DNA of 64,000 nt from the NCBI RefSeq assembly GCF_009834535.1, contig NC_045697.1:108254001-108318000 (forward strand), written 5' to 3'. Positions 1-12,080 of this stretch are shown here, one piece after another (the stretch's first letter is position 1; each line of letters begins with the position of its first letter). The notes beneath the pieces were generated by a model. The model saw nothing but the letters and a program-made list of their open reading frames with translations, was not told where the DNA came from and did no database searches. This DNA is from Camelus ferus (lineage: Eukaryota). The position numbers were made by a program, and so were the translations under genes.

Positions 1-620
1 GGGTTGAGCAGAGTGAATCATGAGAAAAGACCAGATGGTGAGGCAGAGGATCAGGAAGCTAGAGGCTGGATCACTTAAGCCTCAGCCCTGGAGGACTATA
101 GTAATAATTCTGGATTTTTTTCTAAGTGCAATGGGAAGTCACTGGTGAGTGCTAAGTAGGGAGAAGGACCCAAGTTAAGTAGGGGACACACTGAGTTTGG
201 AAGGGTGTGTGAGACATCCAGGTGGAGGGAGGCAGCAGGCATTGGATATGAACCCACAAAGGGCTGAGGTTGGGATATACCTGGAGGATCCTCATCACAT
301 AGATGGTGATGGAGAGCATGGGTGCAGACAGGTTTGCCTTGGAATGCTGTAGAAGGTGATGAGAAGGGGAGTTAACCAACAGTTAAGGAGTAGAGAGAAG
401 GAATTTATGAAGAATATTAAAAAGGAGCAACAAGAGAGGAAAGAGGAAGAAGGGAATCATCAAAGTAATGGGTGAGAGATTCTGAAGGTCAACAGTCTCA
501 GATGCCACAGAGAGTCACACAAAGTCCAAACAGTATGCTTTGCCCTTCTCAATCTATAAGATAGTGCAGAGGAATCAGAAGTGGGAAGATTACAGCAGAC
601 TAAGGAATCAACCAGCAGTG
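1..620 (-). mobile_element. Ancient LINE-2 (L2) fragment
   Basis: Diverged L2 antisense motifs such as 'tggattttttctaagtgcaatgggaagtcactgg' and 'tgagacatccaggtggag...cattggatat'. Boundaries are approximate. Confidence 0.7.
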
Positions 621-1994
621 GTGAGTCAGTGTGGACATCATCTCAAGTTGATAAGCCTGGTCCAGATACTTTAATCTCTACACTTTCTGGGCTGTACCCA
701 TTGGGCTAGCGGGCAATTTGCAGGCTTGGTTAAAATCAGGACAGAACCAAAAATATCTCCTGCCAAGTGGTGGACTGATGACAGATCAGGAAGTTGTGGT
801 CATGGGGTTTGTGTAGATTGAGGAGGAAACAAAACTGGGAAGATGCTGATAGAGTGGAGCCAATGGAAGAGTAAGGGTCCCAAGCTCCCAACAAGCATGA
901 AGTGTAGGTGAAGTGGATATAACAGGATAAAACAGAGAAAAGCCAAGGGTGTGGTTTTAGGACAATCTGGGTAAAGTGGAGCAGAGGCAAAGTTCACTGG
1001 CTTCAAGGAGAGGAAAAATAATTCTATTAATGTAAGCTAGTGATGGGGAGGCTAGTAGATAACAACCACGACAACCTATGGAAGATAGTTTGCTTAAACA
1101 ATTTAGTGGGTCCCAAGCAGCATTTATTTGCTTTTTTTTTTTAATGGAATGAAATAGGACAAAACAGAATTATCTGAAAGCATCACTCTTAACTTTAAAA
1201 GAATGTTTAAAGAAAATTATTTTAAGTGTGTGTGCATCCGCACATACTGAATCAAAATTTAAAATACATTTCTTCTTGATGGTTGTGGTAAGTAAGAAAG
1301 AATTGAAGCTGAGATGATATGAACTCCAAAGCAGGGTTTTTACAAGCAGATGATGAGGTGTGGAAGATGAGACAGGAAATTTCAGCCTGAGCTGCGTTTG
1401 GCTTGAGCCACGTGAACCCCAGGAGAACGAGCAATGGACCAGTGGCAGACCCACAAGAGTAGTGGTATCTGGTTTAGACCTGCTGATAGAAGAAGCCATT
1501 CCTCTGAGGTTTGGAAGCACTGAGAGCTGAGCACTCCCAGAACAAGGCATGATCGTTACAAATGGTGTGATTTGGGGATGTAGGTTCGAGTCACAATATC
1601 CAGGAACCATAGCACTGCGACAATCAGTCAAGCGCCTTTGTTTTGAGAAAGGAGCAAGATCTGGCTTAAATTTTGCTCTGTCAAAACACAGCGGACCCCG
1701 CAGCTGCAGCTCTGTGGATGCCGCCTTGGCTTCTCAGAGGCTTGTGTAAGCAGAGAGGGTGAATGTCGATTTTTCCCTCTCAGTGTAAATTTCATCTGAC
1801 TTTCCTCTTTCAGAGTCCGTATTATCTTTTCTTCCCTTTTCTTAGCCTGTCTATTTTGTTACTGTGCTGTGTGAACTTTACCTGTGGCCTGAGAACTAAA
1901 TGCCTGGGTTTAGTTGCAAGAATAAAGACGTGGAAGAAACAGACCATAGGCTTCTCAAGCCGGTCTTCGTGTCCCTGGAGTTTGCACATGCCCT

Positions 1995-2410
1995 GTGTGG
2001 CAGGCACTGTTATCCTGAAAACTCACCTCCATTTAACTCCTGAGCAAACACGTTTTCCCAGCAAAATTCCCTTTGCACTTAAGTGTGGCCATGTGACTAA
2101 ATTTCAGCCAATAGTGTGGAGGTAGAGGCGGGAAGTGTGGCTTCCAGGCTCTGCCCCCTGGAAACTGGCCACATTCAATCCTGTCCCACTTCCCTCATCT
2201 GCAATTGGGATGTCAATGCCGGGGCAGAACTGGGAGCTTCCTGTTGGAGACCACAGAGACTCAGCCAGCTTGGACCTTGGACTGCGGTGGAGCGGAGACT
2301 CCTTCCACACCCCTACCAACCCCAGTTTGTAGGACTTCATTCAAAGGAGAAAGAAATATTGTCTTCTGGAGTTTGTCTGTTCCAGCAGCTTGCATTACCT
2401 TAACTACTGC
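1995..2410 (+). mobile_element. Old MaLR LTR (MLT1J/K-like)
   Basis: 'aagtgtggccatgtgactaaatttcagccaat...ggaagtgtggcttcc' and 3' 'ctgttccagcagcttgcattaccttaacta' resemble old MLT1 LTRs. Confidence 0.55.
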
Positions 2411-2809
2411 CTCTGGCTCCAGTGTTTACGTAGAAGGCCCACCCTGGGTGCCAACTGGATCTCCGTATTCATTTACAGTTCGCCTTTGGAGCTGAAACAA
2501 ATCGGTGATTTCATTTTATCTCTCCATGGAGGCTTCGCTCAGGGTTTTGCAAAGAAACTTTCTTGGTTGCTTTCATTTTAATTTGTGTGTTTATTTTCTC
2601 ACCATCATTAAAAAAGCAAGTAGAGGAGCAGTCCGTGCTCTCCCAAGCCCACTGAAGTCCAGAGCAGGGCTAGCCACCAGGCAGGTGCTCAAAATGTTGC
2701 CCAGCTGATTGTTGATTTTGCTTTAAGAAATCACTTTTCCTCACTTTTGGAAGTCCTCAACTTAATTTACAACGAACACAAGCCAAGTGTTAGTGGAAAC
2801 TGCCAGCGA

Positions 2810-3060
2810 CTGTAAATAACAACGACAGTTACCACACACGGGGCAGTGCAAGACGCCAGGCCCTGTGCTTCACATTTTACACACATTAGCACTAATCACC
2901 CCTTAAGGTAGATATTAGTACATCATTTTTGTGATTTTTGAAGCAGAACCTGGGAATAGCTTACTGGACTTGCCAAGGTCACACAGCTAGCGACTGGCTG
3001 GCGCCAAGATTCTGAGTCAGATCTGACCAGCTCCAAGGCCCAATCTCGATACATTTGCTT
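2810..3060 (-). mobile_element. MIR SINE
   Basis: MIR core 'gacttgccaaggtcacacagctag' with flanking MIR-like sequence. Confidence 0.7.
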
Positions 3061-3814
3061 CCCAAATGTGTGCTGTTAAGTTGCTCGTTTCTTTCTTTGA
3101 CTTTCCTTTGATACCGATTTTCCTGGGTCTGCTCATTGAGGTTCACACAGTGTACTCTGAATTCAGCCAGAGCCACTTAATTTTAACAGAGGAAATAGAA
3201 CTCAGGCCATTCAGCGCAGGGAGCTTCAGGCCTGCCTCGCTGGCTATTAGGGTATGTAAATATTTGCATAATTCTTCTGCAAACGTATGTCTATGCACTG
3301 CTCATTATTAAAGAGCACGAGCAAAAGGCATCACCTGTTGGGCTCTTTTGGCTCAAAGTTAGAGAGAAAACTGCTGGTGGATGTTAAAATTCTTGAGGTC
3401 ACATATCACATTTTGGGAAAGAACTTAGCACTCAACATCCTAACCTCATGCCTTGCACAGGCCTGAAACTGGAATTAGTGTGTTAAATGAGTTTACACTG
3501 GAACATGTTTCTATTAAAAACAGTTGCCTGCGCTAAGTCAGTTAGGGCAAGGTGACCGGGAGGCGGATACACTGCGTGGGTCTGGAGCAGTGGGAAGGAG
3601 GCACTGAGTGGTTGCGTGTATGGGGGTCGTTTTAAGGCGCACTGGATTGATGCAAAATGGTCTTGGCCAGGTTTCAGGACTGCAGATATTTGGCAATCAA
3701 GTCTAGTTCCCCTCTTACCTTGGGCACATTGCTAAGTTCTCCAGGAATAAAAATCTGTCCATGGGCATGAGCTGGTGCTGAGTCCTTTCCAACTCTGAGA
3801 CAGGAGTTAAGACA

Positions 3815-4040
3815 ACTGGCTGCGAAGTAGTGCAGCCCAGGTCAAAATTCTGACTCAGTCACCAGGTGGCTGTGTGACTTGGGGCAAGTGGCTCAGCCTT
3901 CCTGAGCCTCATTCTCCTCAGCATTGAAATAAGATGCTGTTATTTCCATCACAGGATTGTCTTGGGGCTAAATCTCCCCTGTAAAGCCTTTATTGTGGTG
4001 CTTGGTGCAGAGAAGCTGTACAGTGAATGTGAGCTATCAG
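3815..4040 (+). mobile_element. MIR SINE
   Basis: 'ggctgtgtgacttggggcaagtggctcagccttcctgagcctc' MIR core. Confidence 0.7.
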
Positions 4041-4639
4041 ACCGGACTTTCATCCTGTCCCCTCACTGGGGTTTTAACACATCTAGTAAAGGAAGGATTC
4101 AGCACTGGGTACTGGGTTTGGCACAGACACGAAAGAGCCTTGCCCTTGGGAGCTGAGAGTTTACATTCAGGATTTAAATATTAAGACTCACAAGCCCTTG
4201 AGCAAGAGACTTTATCTGCGTCTGAGCTTCCACGTGTGGAATGGGAGAGTGGGCAGGAGGGAACCTTCCAGCCTAATGTGTCTATGAGCCTGGATGTTGG
4301 CTGGAACTCAATTACAGACAGAAGGAAAGAATGATTAGTCACTACCCTGGCAAACATGGGAAAGTGATCATGTCCTTTTATTAATAGACCAGGCTACGCA
4401 AGCCATAAAAATAGGATAGCTTGGAAATTTAAGTTCTTTGAGTTTTGGGGTTTTGTTGCATTGAATGGAATATGAAAAGAGAATTGTGTTATGTGTGGAC
4501 TTTGTGTAATGATCTCCTATCTCATGCTGCAAATTGATTACTTATTAGCTTTCATTGCCAAGGAAAGGAAAATATATTACCATTCATTTTAGCCTTTTCC
4601 TTATCGACTTTGAGAGTCCAGTACCAGTTCTTTAAGAAA

Positions 4640-4925
4640 AAAGATTGCATTCATTCTTACATTACAAAAGACCTGTACCACATTATAAAACACTAACAGA
4701 GGGAAAAAAGCAGAAATAAAATAAGCTTCTCATACTCCTCAGCCACTGTAAGTGTTTAAACATTCTGCTTCCATCTTTCTTCTGCATATTTTACACCGAG
4801 TATTGTATTTTTCACTAAACACCATATAATGAGCAATTACCATGTTACTGCATAGAGCTCATAATAATTTTTAATTGGAAAATAATATCCCAAAAGGCAT
4901 ATCCCAGTTTATTTTCCTATCCCCC
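4640..4925 (-). mobile_element. Ancient L1ME-type 3' end fragment
   Basis: AT-rich, diverged antisense L1ME 3'UTR pattern. Confidence 0.45.
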
Positions 4926-4939
4926 AATTCTTGTCAGAA

Positions 4940-5150
4940 GGTAGCAGAGGGGGAACACAGGATTTGGTGCCACATTTCTTAGCAGTGTGACCTTGATCGA
5001 GCCAGCCATTTAATCTCTTCCGGCTTCAGTGTCCTCAGCTACAAAAACATGGGCTGTCCTGGTACCACTCTCGTCGGGCTATTGTGAGGACTAAATGCAA
5101 TCGTGTCTGCAGAAGGCTCACCGCTCTCTGGAACGTGGCAGGGTTGACTG
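4940..5150 (+). mobile_element. MIR SINE
   Basis: 'agcagtgtgaccttg...cttcagtgtcctcagct...ggctattgtgaggactaaatg'. Confidence 0.65.
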
Positions 5151-6109
5151 ATGCCAGTGGTTGCTGCGACTTTGTGGCCTACATTCCAATCCGGTGAATG
5201 ATCTGATTCTTATAAACATCCCACAAGAAAATGCACATAAAATATCAAGCCATGTCACTCCAGCACTCTGGGCCCGGTTCCTCATTTGTAAAGTGAGATG
5301 GTCAGACTATAAAGTGTGACCTCGAAGGCCCCTTCCACCATGGTCCTCAGTCATTGCTAAAAGCAGCTGTAACCATGGCAGGGAAGTGACCTTGTGGAAA
5401 CTTTTGGTCTTCCTCATAGAGAAAGAGCCCTGCGAGGGCCTGAGGGCTTGCGTACATCAGTTTCTCTTTTTCTTCCAGATAAACATTTGACATTTTGTTC
5501 CACTGGCTTCTTTTGAAAGGCCTCTCCTTGCTCAGTCTGTGTGCCCTTCACAGCTCCATTTTTCACATGGGTTCAGCAGCCAGTGTGCTCTCCCAAGGTT
5601 TTATTTATCCATTTCACATTTCTAATGTCGCTTCGCTGCCGTGATCATTTTCCTAGGTGGTCATTTAAGGAAGATAAATTGGACTGCAAATCTCAGTAGA
5701 GCAGGCATTCCTTTTAGTCAGTCCCCAAGAAATAAGGACTTTTTCTCCCCACTCTTAACACAACCTACTTGTGGTCTCCCTAAAACCTCCCAAGAAGAGT
5801 TTTTGATTAAGAAAAGAAAAATTTGACCCCAGGGTAGCTGAATAGGCCCCCTCATTGGTATGTGTACTGTTACCCCTAACATTCAGACTTCTCAGAGTCC
5901 CCAAACCAAGTGCCAAATTGAATGTTAGCATCAGAGCAGCCCTGCAAGGAAATAGATGTTGTCCTTAGCATAGGACTGCCACCTGTCCCCTCTGACATCT
6001 TGTTCTCAGGGAACTTCCCACCACTCACCCACAGTGTCTCCCCAGTGGGCACACTATTGCATTTGGAAGGAAACAGGTTGGAGAAGCGGCCTGCCTGGTG
6101 CCCATGGGC

Positions 6110-6650
6110 ACCCACTGGCAGGTGATACTACATGAGGTCAAGCCCATAGGCTCTGGATCCAGACTACCTGTGTTTGAATCCTTGCTCTGTTCTTACTGTG
6201 TGACCTTAGATAGGTTATTTAACCTCTCTGTGCCTCATTTCCAAAATGAGATGCATAGAAGAGCTCTGATAAGATTTGAGAGAACTAAATGAGTTAAAGC
6301 ATGCAAAAACTGTGAAATGTGTCTGGCACATGTTCAATAAGTAGCTTTTCATGGGTGACCATGGATTATGCGCTAAATGAACGAATCTGATCATCGCTTT
6401 AAGGACAGTCTGTTGTAGTGGAGAAAGTAGTAGAAAGAAGTGGAAAGGGGTTTAGGGATCCCCTGAGTTTGGATCTCACCTCAATTTGTGTTTACCTTTC
6501 AGTACACATGGGATTTCTTGCATCCTCAGTGTCCTCATCTGTTCATTGGGAATACCTTATCCATTTTAGAGGCTGACCATGAAGACTAAACAGAATAAGG
6601 TATGTTAAGTGTTTAACACAGTGCCTGGTGTGTAATCGGCCTCAGATAAC
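6110..6650 (+). mobile_element. Two adjacent MIR SINEs
   Basis: 'tgtgtgaccttagataggttatttaacctctctgtgcctcattt' (~6200) and a second copy ending 'gtttaacacagtgcctgg' (~6630). Confidence 0.7.
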
Positions 6651-6939
6651 CCAAACTCCTGTTGCAGCCCAGCCCCACGGGGCAGGCTCTCCCACCAGAT
6701 TCACCCAACTCTCACCTCCTCTTGGAGAGGCAAGCACTGTCTCAGTTGTCCGTGGTGTCTGCTTTCTTGCTGCCAGGCTAGCCTTGGCAGTTCCTGGGGC
6801 TTGGGTCATCAAAGCCTCTTTGGAAGTCTCTATTTTCCTCCAGCATCTTGCTCCTGGTGGATGCCTGCCACCAGCTGGGGTAGCCTATGTGCTCTGGGTC
6901 ACACCGCCACTTTCCAGTGCCCGAGTTGCTTTGTTCTCT

Positions 6940-7060
6940 TAACCAGCCGCCAAGAGCCTTCCGCGCAGGCGCACGCTCTGACTTCCGTCCTCTCCGCAGC
7001 AGCCTGGCCTCCCTCCGCCACCCGGACACAAAGGGGTTCCCGTGAAGCCAGCGGGGTCCT
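6940..7060. promoter_or_regulatory. Small CpG cluster with NRF1- and ETS-type motifs (candidate regulatory element)
   Basis: GCGCAGGCGCA at 6963-6973 and ACTTCCG at 6981-6987 in a locally CpG-rich stretch. Confidence 0.35.
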
Positions 7061-7657
7061 GTTCTCTGTGCTCCACCTGCTCACCCCTATGGAGGGCTGG
7101 GGCTGTGGAACAATCATTTCTTCCTGCCCCTGGTTCTTCCAGCAGTTTCTCCTCCTCCTGCTACTTTGTTGCTTTGTCTGTTTCATCCCCCCAGCCCAGA
7201 CGTGCCTACCCCATCCCACCCCCACCTCCCCGGGCGAGGCGTCAAGGCCCAGCTAAGGGCCTGTCTTTCTCCCAAAGACTTCAGACCTTTCCAGGTTCCA
7301 GAGGGCTCTCGCCTCTGAATTTCCAAGAGATTTATCCTCCATATGGCTCAATAAGCCCTTGGAACGATTGTAAGTTTTCCTGTGTATGGTGCTTCTCCCT
7401 TCTGGCTTGCAAGCTCCTTGAGGACATAGAACCTTCTCTGTGAGAGGGGCTCTGTCAATACTGATATTTTAGTTGATATTCTGTGAATAACTCCTATTTC
7501 TTGAGTGAAGCCAGGGTAGGTGTGTAGCATGCATATATTTTCCTCTCTCTCTCTCTCAGTGTCTTTGTCTACCATCTTATTTGGTCATCACAACATCCCC
7601 ATGAAGTGGCTATTGCTATGCTGATTTTGCACTTAAAGAAATTGAAGTTCAGAGATT

Positions 7658-7809
7658 GGGGAGGGTATAGCTCAGTGGTTGAGTGTGCGCTTAGCACGCA
7701 CGAAGTCCTGGATTCAATCCCCACTACCTTCGTTAAAATAAATATCCCCCCCAAATAAAACCTAATTACCTCCCCCTCACAAAATAAAACAAAAAATAAA
7801 CAAACAAAA
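7658..7809 (+). mobile_element. Vic-1-type tRNA-Ala-derived SINE (long form), inserted in a MIR
   Basis: GGGGAGGGTATAGCTCAGTGG A-box, GGATTCAATCC B-box, 'cctaattacctccccc' body and A-rich tail. Exact 21-bp TSD AAAGAAATTGAAGTTCAGAGA at 7635-7655 and 7810-7830. Confidence 0.92.
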
Positions 7810-8079
7810 AAAGAAATTGAAGTTCAGAGAGAAAGGGAAAAAAAAGAAAAAGAGCTTGACCATAGCAAAATGGCTAGGAAGGAAGGAAGGAAACCCAGGA
7901 TCACAATTAAAGCATATTTCTCAGGTCTGGGCACTAACCACATAGTCTATCTGCTATCTGTGTTGGGTGTCCCTTTCAGGCAATATGTGTATCTCTGTTT
8001 GGTTGGCATTGATAAGCTATATGTATCAGCCATAGTTTCAAAACATTGTGTACATTATAAAACATGTATCACAAAAATA

Positions 8080-8320
8080 TAAATAAAAGCTTAATATAAA
8101 CTTAAGTATAGATCGTGGTCTCTAAATACCATCTCTCACTAAAAGGAACCAGCTGCTTGGGAAATGAGCTTGGAACATCTTGTCATATCAGAAAGCAAGG
8201 AAGCTATCCATTATTACTGAGGTCACATCAAAAGATCTCAAGAACCAATGTGAAAGGTTCCACTGGCCAAAAAATGGGATGCTTTGAACAACTGCAACAG
8301 GATAAGCCATATATATATGA

Positions 8321-8355
<35 letters not shown>

Positions 8356-9290
8356 TATGTATATATGTGTGTGTATATATATTTTATATATGTATAATAT
8401 ATATATGTATTTGTATGTTTATAATAACACTAAAAAAAACATGGTGATCACTTTTGGAGATACTAGGTGATCAACTTATTATTTTGAAAACTGGTAAAAA
8501 ATAAAAAGCATTTATCCTACCTTTCCTGTAAGAATTGTGCCTTAGAGTTAGCAAATACTTAAAGAGAAGATTCTTTTTGTGGAAGTACTCCAGCTAATAA
8601 ATGAAGACAGATAGATAGAATTAGGACACCTCACTTTTTAACCACAAGTGAATTGAAGAATCTGGCAATGATCATCGAAGATTGCTGACACCACAGAGAC
8701 GATCAAATATTATGTTCTCCCATTAGATGTCCATAACACCATCTACAAAGTGTTCTTGCCAGAATATTTAATTTGAACCTGATGAAGCCTCTCGATTTCT
8801 CATTTACAGGAACCACAAGGGATGGAGGCACATGATAAATGATACTATGGGAACATAATCAGCAAAATCCAGCCTGGAGAAGATTAGTCAGGAAAAACAA
8901 TCCAAGGTCTTCAACCAAAACTTTGCAAAAAAAAAAAAAAAAAACAAAAAAACAAAACAAAAAAAACCCCAAAAAATCCCAACAGAGTGATTGAGAGGGG
9001 GGAACCAATAGTTTAAAAGGGATGGACTTAACGGACATATTTGTACATTACAATGGACTTTGTGTGGACTTTGTTTGGATCCCAACTCAAACTAAAAATA
9101 TATATATATTTATAAGACAATTGAAGAAATATGGATGCTGATTGGATATGCAATTATATGGAGGGATTATTGCTGATGCTTTGGGAGTAGAATGATGACA
9201 TTGTGGTTATTTTTAAAGAGGGAGGACTTATTCTTTATAGACTTGTTTTTTAGATTTGTATATTAAAATATTTATAGCTGTAATGATTGT
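8080..9290 (+). mobile_element. Old L1MC4/5-like 3'UTR (contains a TA/TG microsatellite and an A-run)
   Basis: 'gtggtctctaaatacca...aaaggaacca', 'gaagtactccagctaataaatgaag' and 'atctggcaatgatcatc' resemble the L1MC 3'UTR. Confidence 0.65.
8309..8410. repeat. Imperfect (TA)n/(TG)n microsatellite
   Basis: Direct reading. Confidence 0.9.
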
Positions 9291-9784
9291 GTATCCAGCA
9301 GAACACCAGAGCACTAGTTATCAATTCCAGGGAGCAGAACGCTGTGCACCGGTTACCAGTCCCAGGGGAGGACTCCAAACACTTCTGCCTACCTCATCAG
9401 AGTTGCCAAGAAAAATACTGGATGGAACAATACTTTCCTTACATAGAAAAGAAACAGACTAATATCAGCTTCAATAGTGGGCATGGTCCTCCACGACCAT
9501 TGGGTCTCTCCCGACAAGCCAATGCAGGGCAGTTGGCTTACATGCACCCCTCTCAAGGCGGAAAGACCCCAACCCCTCTCCCATGGACTCTGAAATACTG
9601 AAGGCTGGGGGTGTGCCTGGGGGGCCACCAATGTACACGCTCAAGCAGAACTGAGGCAGGTTCACTGAGCCTGAAACAGGGACAGCTATTCCCCTACAAA
9701 GTGGGCTCTTTATCTCTTGGTGAAGAAGTGCTGGGAGAGAGGGGGTGGTTGTCAAAAGACTGCAGGCACCAGATGGCCTTTCCA

Positions 9785-9975
9785 GTATGCAACGTCTGAG
9801 ATTTGCTTCACATAATGTGGGAGGAGAAGCGGGCAGGGCAAGTATGAGGGTGAATAGAAAAGAAAAGACTAGCCATGAATTGATCATTTTTAAAGTTGGA
9901 TGCTAGCTGCATGGGGACATGGGCAGTTCATGATATTATTCTACTTTTGTATATATTTCAACTTTTAATAGCAAA
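9785..9975 (+). mobile_element. Terminal piece of the same old L1MC 3'UTR
   Basis: 'gtctgagatttgcttcacataat...gactagccatgaattgatc...tattctacttttgtatatatttcaac'. Confidence 0.6.
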
Positions 9976-10011
9976 AATGGCTTTGTAATGGTAACATAAA
10001 AATAAAGTTTG

Positions 10012-10216
10012 AACAGATACACATTACTATATATAAAGTAGATAAACACCAAGGACCTACTGTGTAACACAGGGAACTATATTCAATTTCTTATAATGAG
10101 CTGTAATGGAAAAGCATCTTAAAAATATATATGTATAACTGAATCACTTTGCTATACACCTGAAACTAACATTGTAAATTGACTACAGTTCAATAAAAAA
10201 GGAACAAATTAGAAAA
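10012..10216 (+). mobile_element. 5'-truncated lineage L1 3' end
   Basis: 'aaggacctactgtgtaacacagggaactatattcaa...gaatcactttgctatacacctgaaactaac...ttcaataaaaaa'. Homologous to 22410-22610 and 63872-64000. Confidence 0.85.
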
Positions 10217-10852
10217 ATAAATATGAAAAGTTTTAGTTCTTTCACTTCCAGGAGATTGGGGACAGCACCCTCTGCATGTGATACCCCACTTTGGAGACCA
10301 CTGCTCTTGTCCGCCATATAGCCTCACCTCTCAACCCAAGGCCCACAGGAGACATGACCATCAGAGGTCTCCTCCACCCAGGAACCAAGGGCTGCACCCC
10401 ATCTGAAGGCCTTCAGAGACAGAGACATGCCAGCCCAGCTTGCCAAATCAGTAGTACTGAAAAGTCTTGTCATTGGGAATTCCTTCATTCTGTGAGATCG
10501 TGGTGCCTTCATGACAATGGAAGGAATCTGCTTTTCAAGATCCCTTCAGAAGGAAAGATTTGCATTGTTTAAAGAAAAAAAAATGCAGTGTTTGAGAAAA
10601 AGAAAAAAGACAAAGTTCTCCTTCAAGAAATAACAACCCTGCCACCTTCCTCCAGGTATGAAATAATGCCACTGGCGATGAGATTGGGGTGTTCTATCAC
10701 TGTCTCAATAAACTTCTCTCCCCTGGATAGTATTTTATAGTCACTGTTTCTACACCCCATTGGCGCAGGCATAATTTATTATTTGTTTACATGTTTCACT
10801 TGCTCTGCTAAGGTAGAAGCCCAGTGATGCATTATTACTGTGCGTGCTTGGG

Positions 10853-10882
10853 TGTGTGTGTGTGTGTGTGTGCGTGCGCGCG
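10853..10882. repeat. (TG)n-(CG)n alternating purine-pyrimidine tract
   Basis: Direct reading. Confidence 0.9.
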
Positions 10883-11299
10883 CCTGTGCTTGCACACACG
10901 TTGACAGACCTCTCGAGAAGAGCTGACAGATTCTGAGCTTTGACTTTTCATAGGACCAGTGGCCTCCCCAGGACTTTGAGCACTTCCATGAGCTCTTGGC
11001 TTAGATCAAATGTGTCCTGTGTCCCCATATTCTCTTCTCCTTCCCTGGGAAGGAGTAGAACAATCCCTCAGCGACGCTGGCTCCCTGTGACTGCTCCCCG
11101 TCCATATTCCCTCCTCTGACTTATCTCCTTGTAGGAAGATGAAATTCCTCCCATTTCTGGGCAGAACGTCAGTTTGCACAGCACTTTTCTCAAGAGAGTT
11201 GCATGAAGGAAATAAGGCAGATGTTATGATCTGCCTTTTGTCTCCATGTGAGACCCAGCAAGGTCAAGGGTGGATGCAGGTTCACACAGCAAGGCCAGC

Positions 11300-12080
11300 T
11301 CTGATGGGAGGGCCATGACCACCTTGCCCACTCACTGGCTCTCTGACCTGGGGCAAGTCACTGAAGGCTCAGATTCTTTGTTATTAAAGGATGCAGAGGA
11401 TGGTACTGATTGCGCAGGGCTGTTTCTGAAACGATAGATTGTTTAAAATGCTCAGCCGAATGACTGGTGTGTCATAAATGTGCAATAAATGTTACCAATG
11501 CTAGTGGTCTTTTCAAAGAATTGTGTTCTGGGACTTTGTAACAACAACAAGAAGAAAAGGGGGTTTACTACATGCTAGGTACGGTCTGAAGCCCTTTTTT
11601 GTAAATTAGCCCATTTATTCGCCACAACAGACTTACCTAGTAGTCATTATTATTACTCTTGTACTATGGATAAGGGACACAGATTGTTAGGTTTAAGTAA
11701 CCTGGTAACTTTCTTGCCTTTATTTAATTTATTTAGTTAGTTTTATTGATTCCTTGCCTTTAATAAAAGAATCAGCTGGCATTTGAAGTATTTCCTCGCT
11801 TTGGCATCTTCAGCAGCATCATTCGAGATGTACAGAACTGTAACTGCCAGTGGGGGTCTCCCAACCCCCCACCAGCGCGTGCTCAGAGGTCACCACCACT
11901 GCTGTGTCACCCTCTTGGTAACCTCCCCGGCTGTGGTAGTGATAGTCCCAACCTTACGCCTCAGAGGTTCCTTCGGTGAGGAAACTGAGGCTCAGAGCGG
12001 GGAGTAACCCTCCCAGATCTACTTGGTGAGCTCGGAGGGTCCGGTCAGAGTTCTTACCGTCCTTTCGGTGTCCTGGATGC
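11300..12080. mobile_element. Cluster of about three MIR fragments
   Basis: Cores 'ctctgacctggggcaagtcact' (~11345, +), 'ggataagggacacagattgttaggtttaagtaacctg' (~11670, -) and 'ggtgaggaaactgaggctcagag' (~11975, -). Confidence 0.65.

Noticed and set aside
5461..5480. Strong-looking splice acceptor (pyrimidine tract + CAG), and donor-like CAGGTATG at ~10653
   Set aside because: These are isolated signals with no supportable exon chain or reading frame, and they are common by chance.
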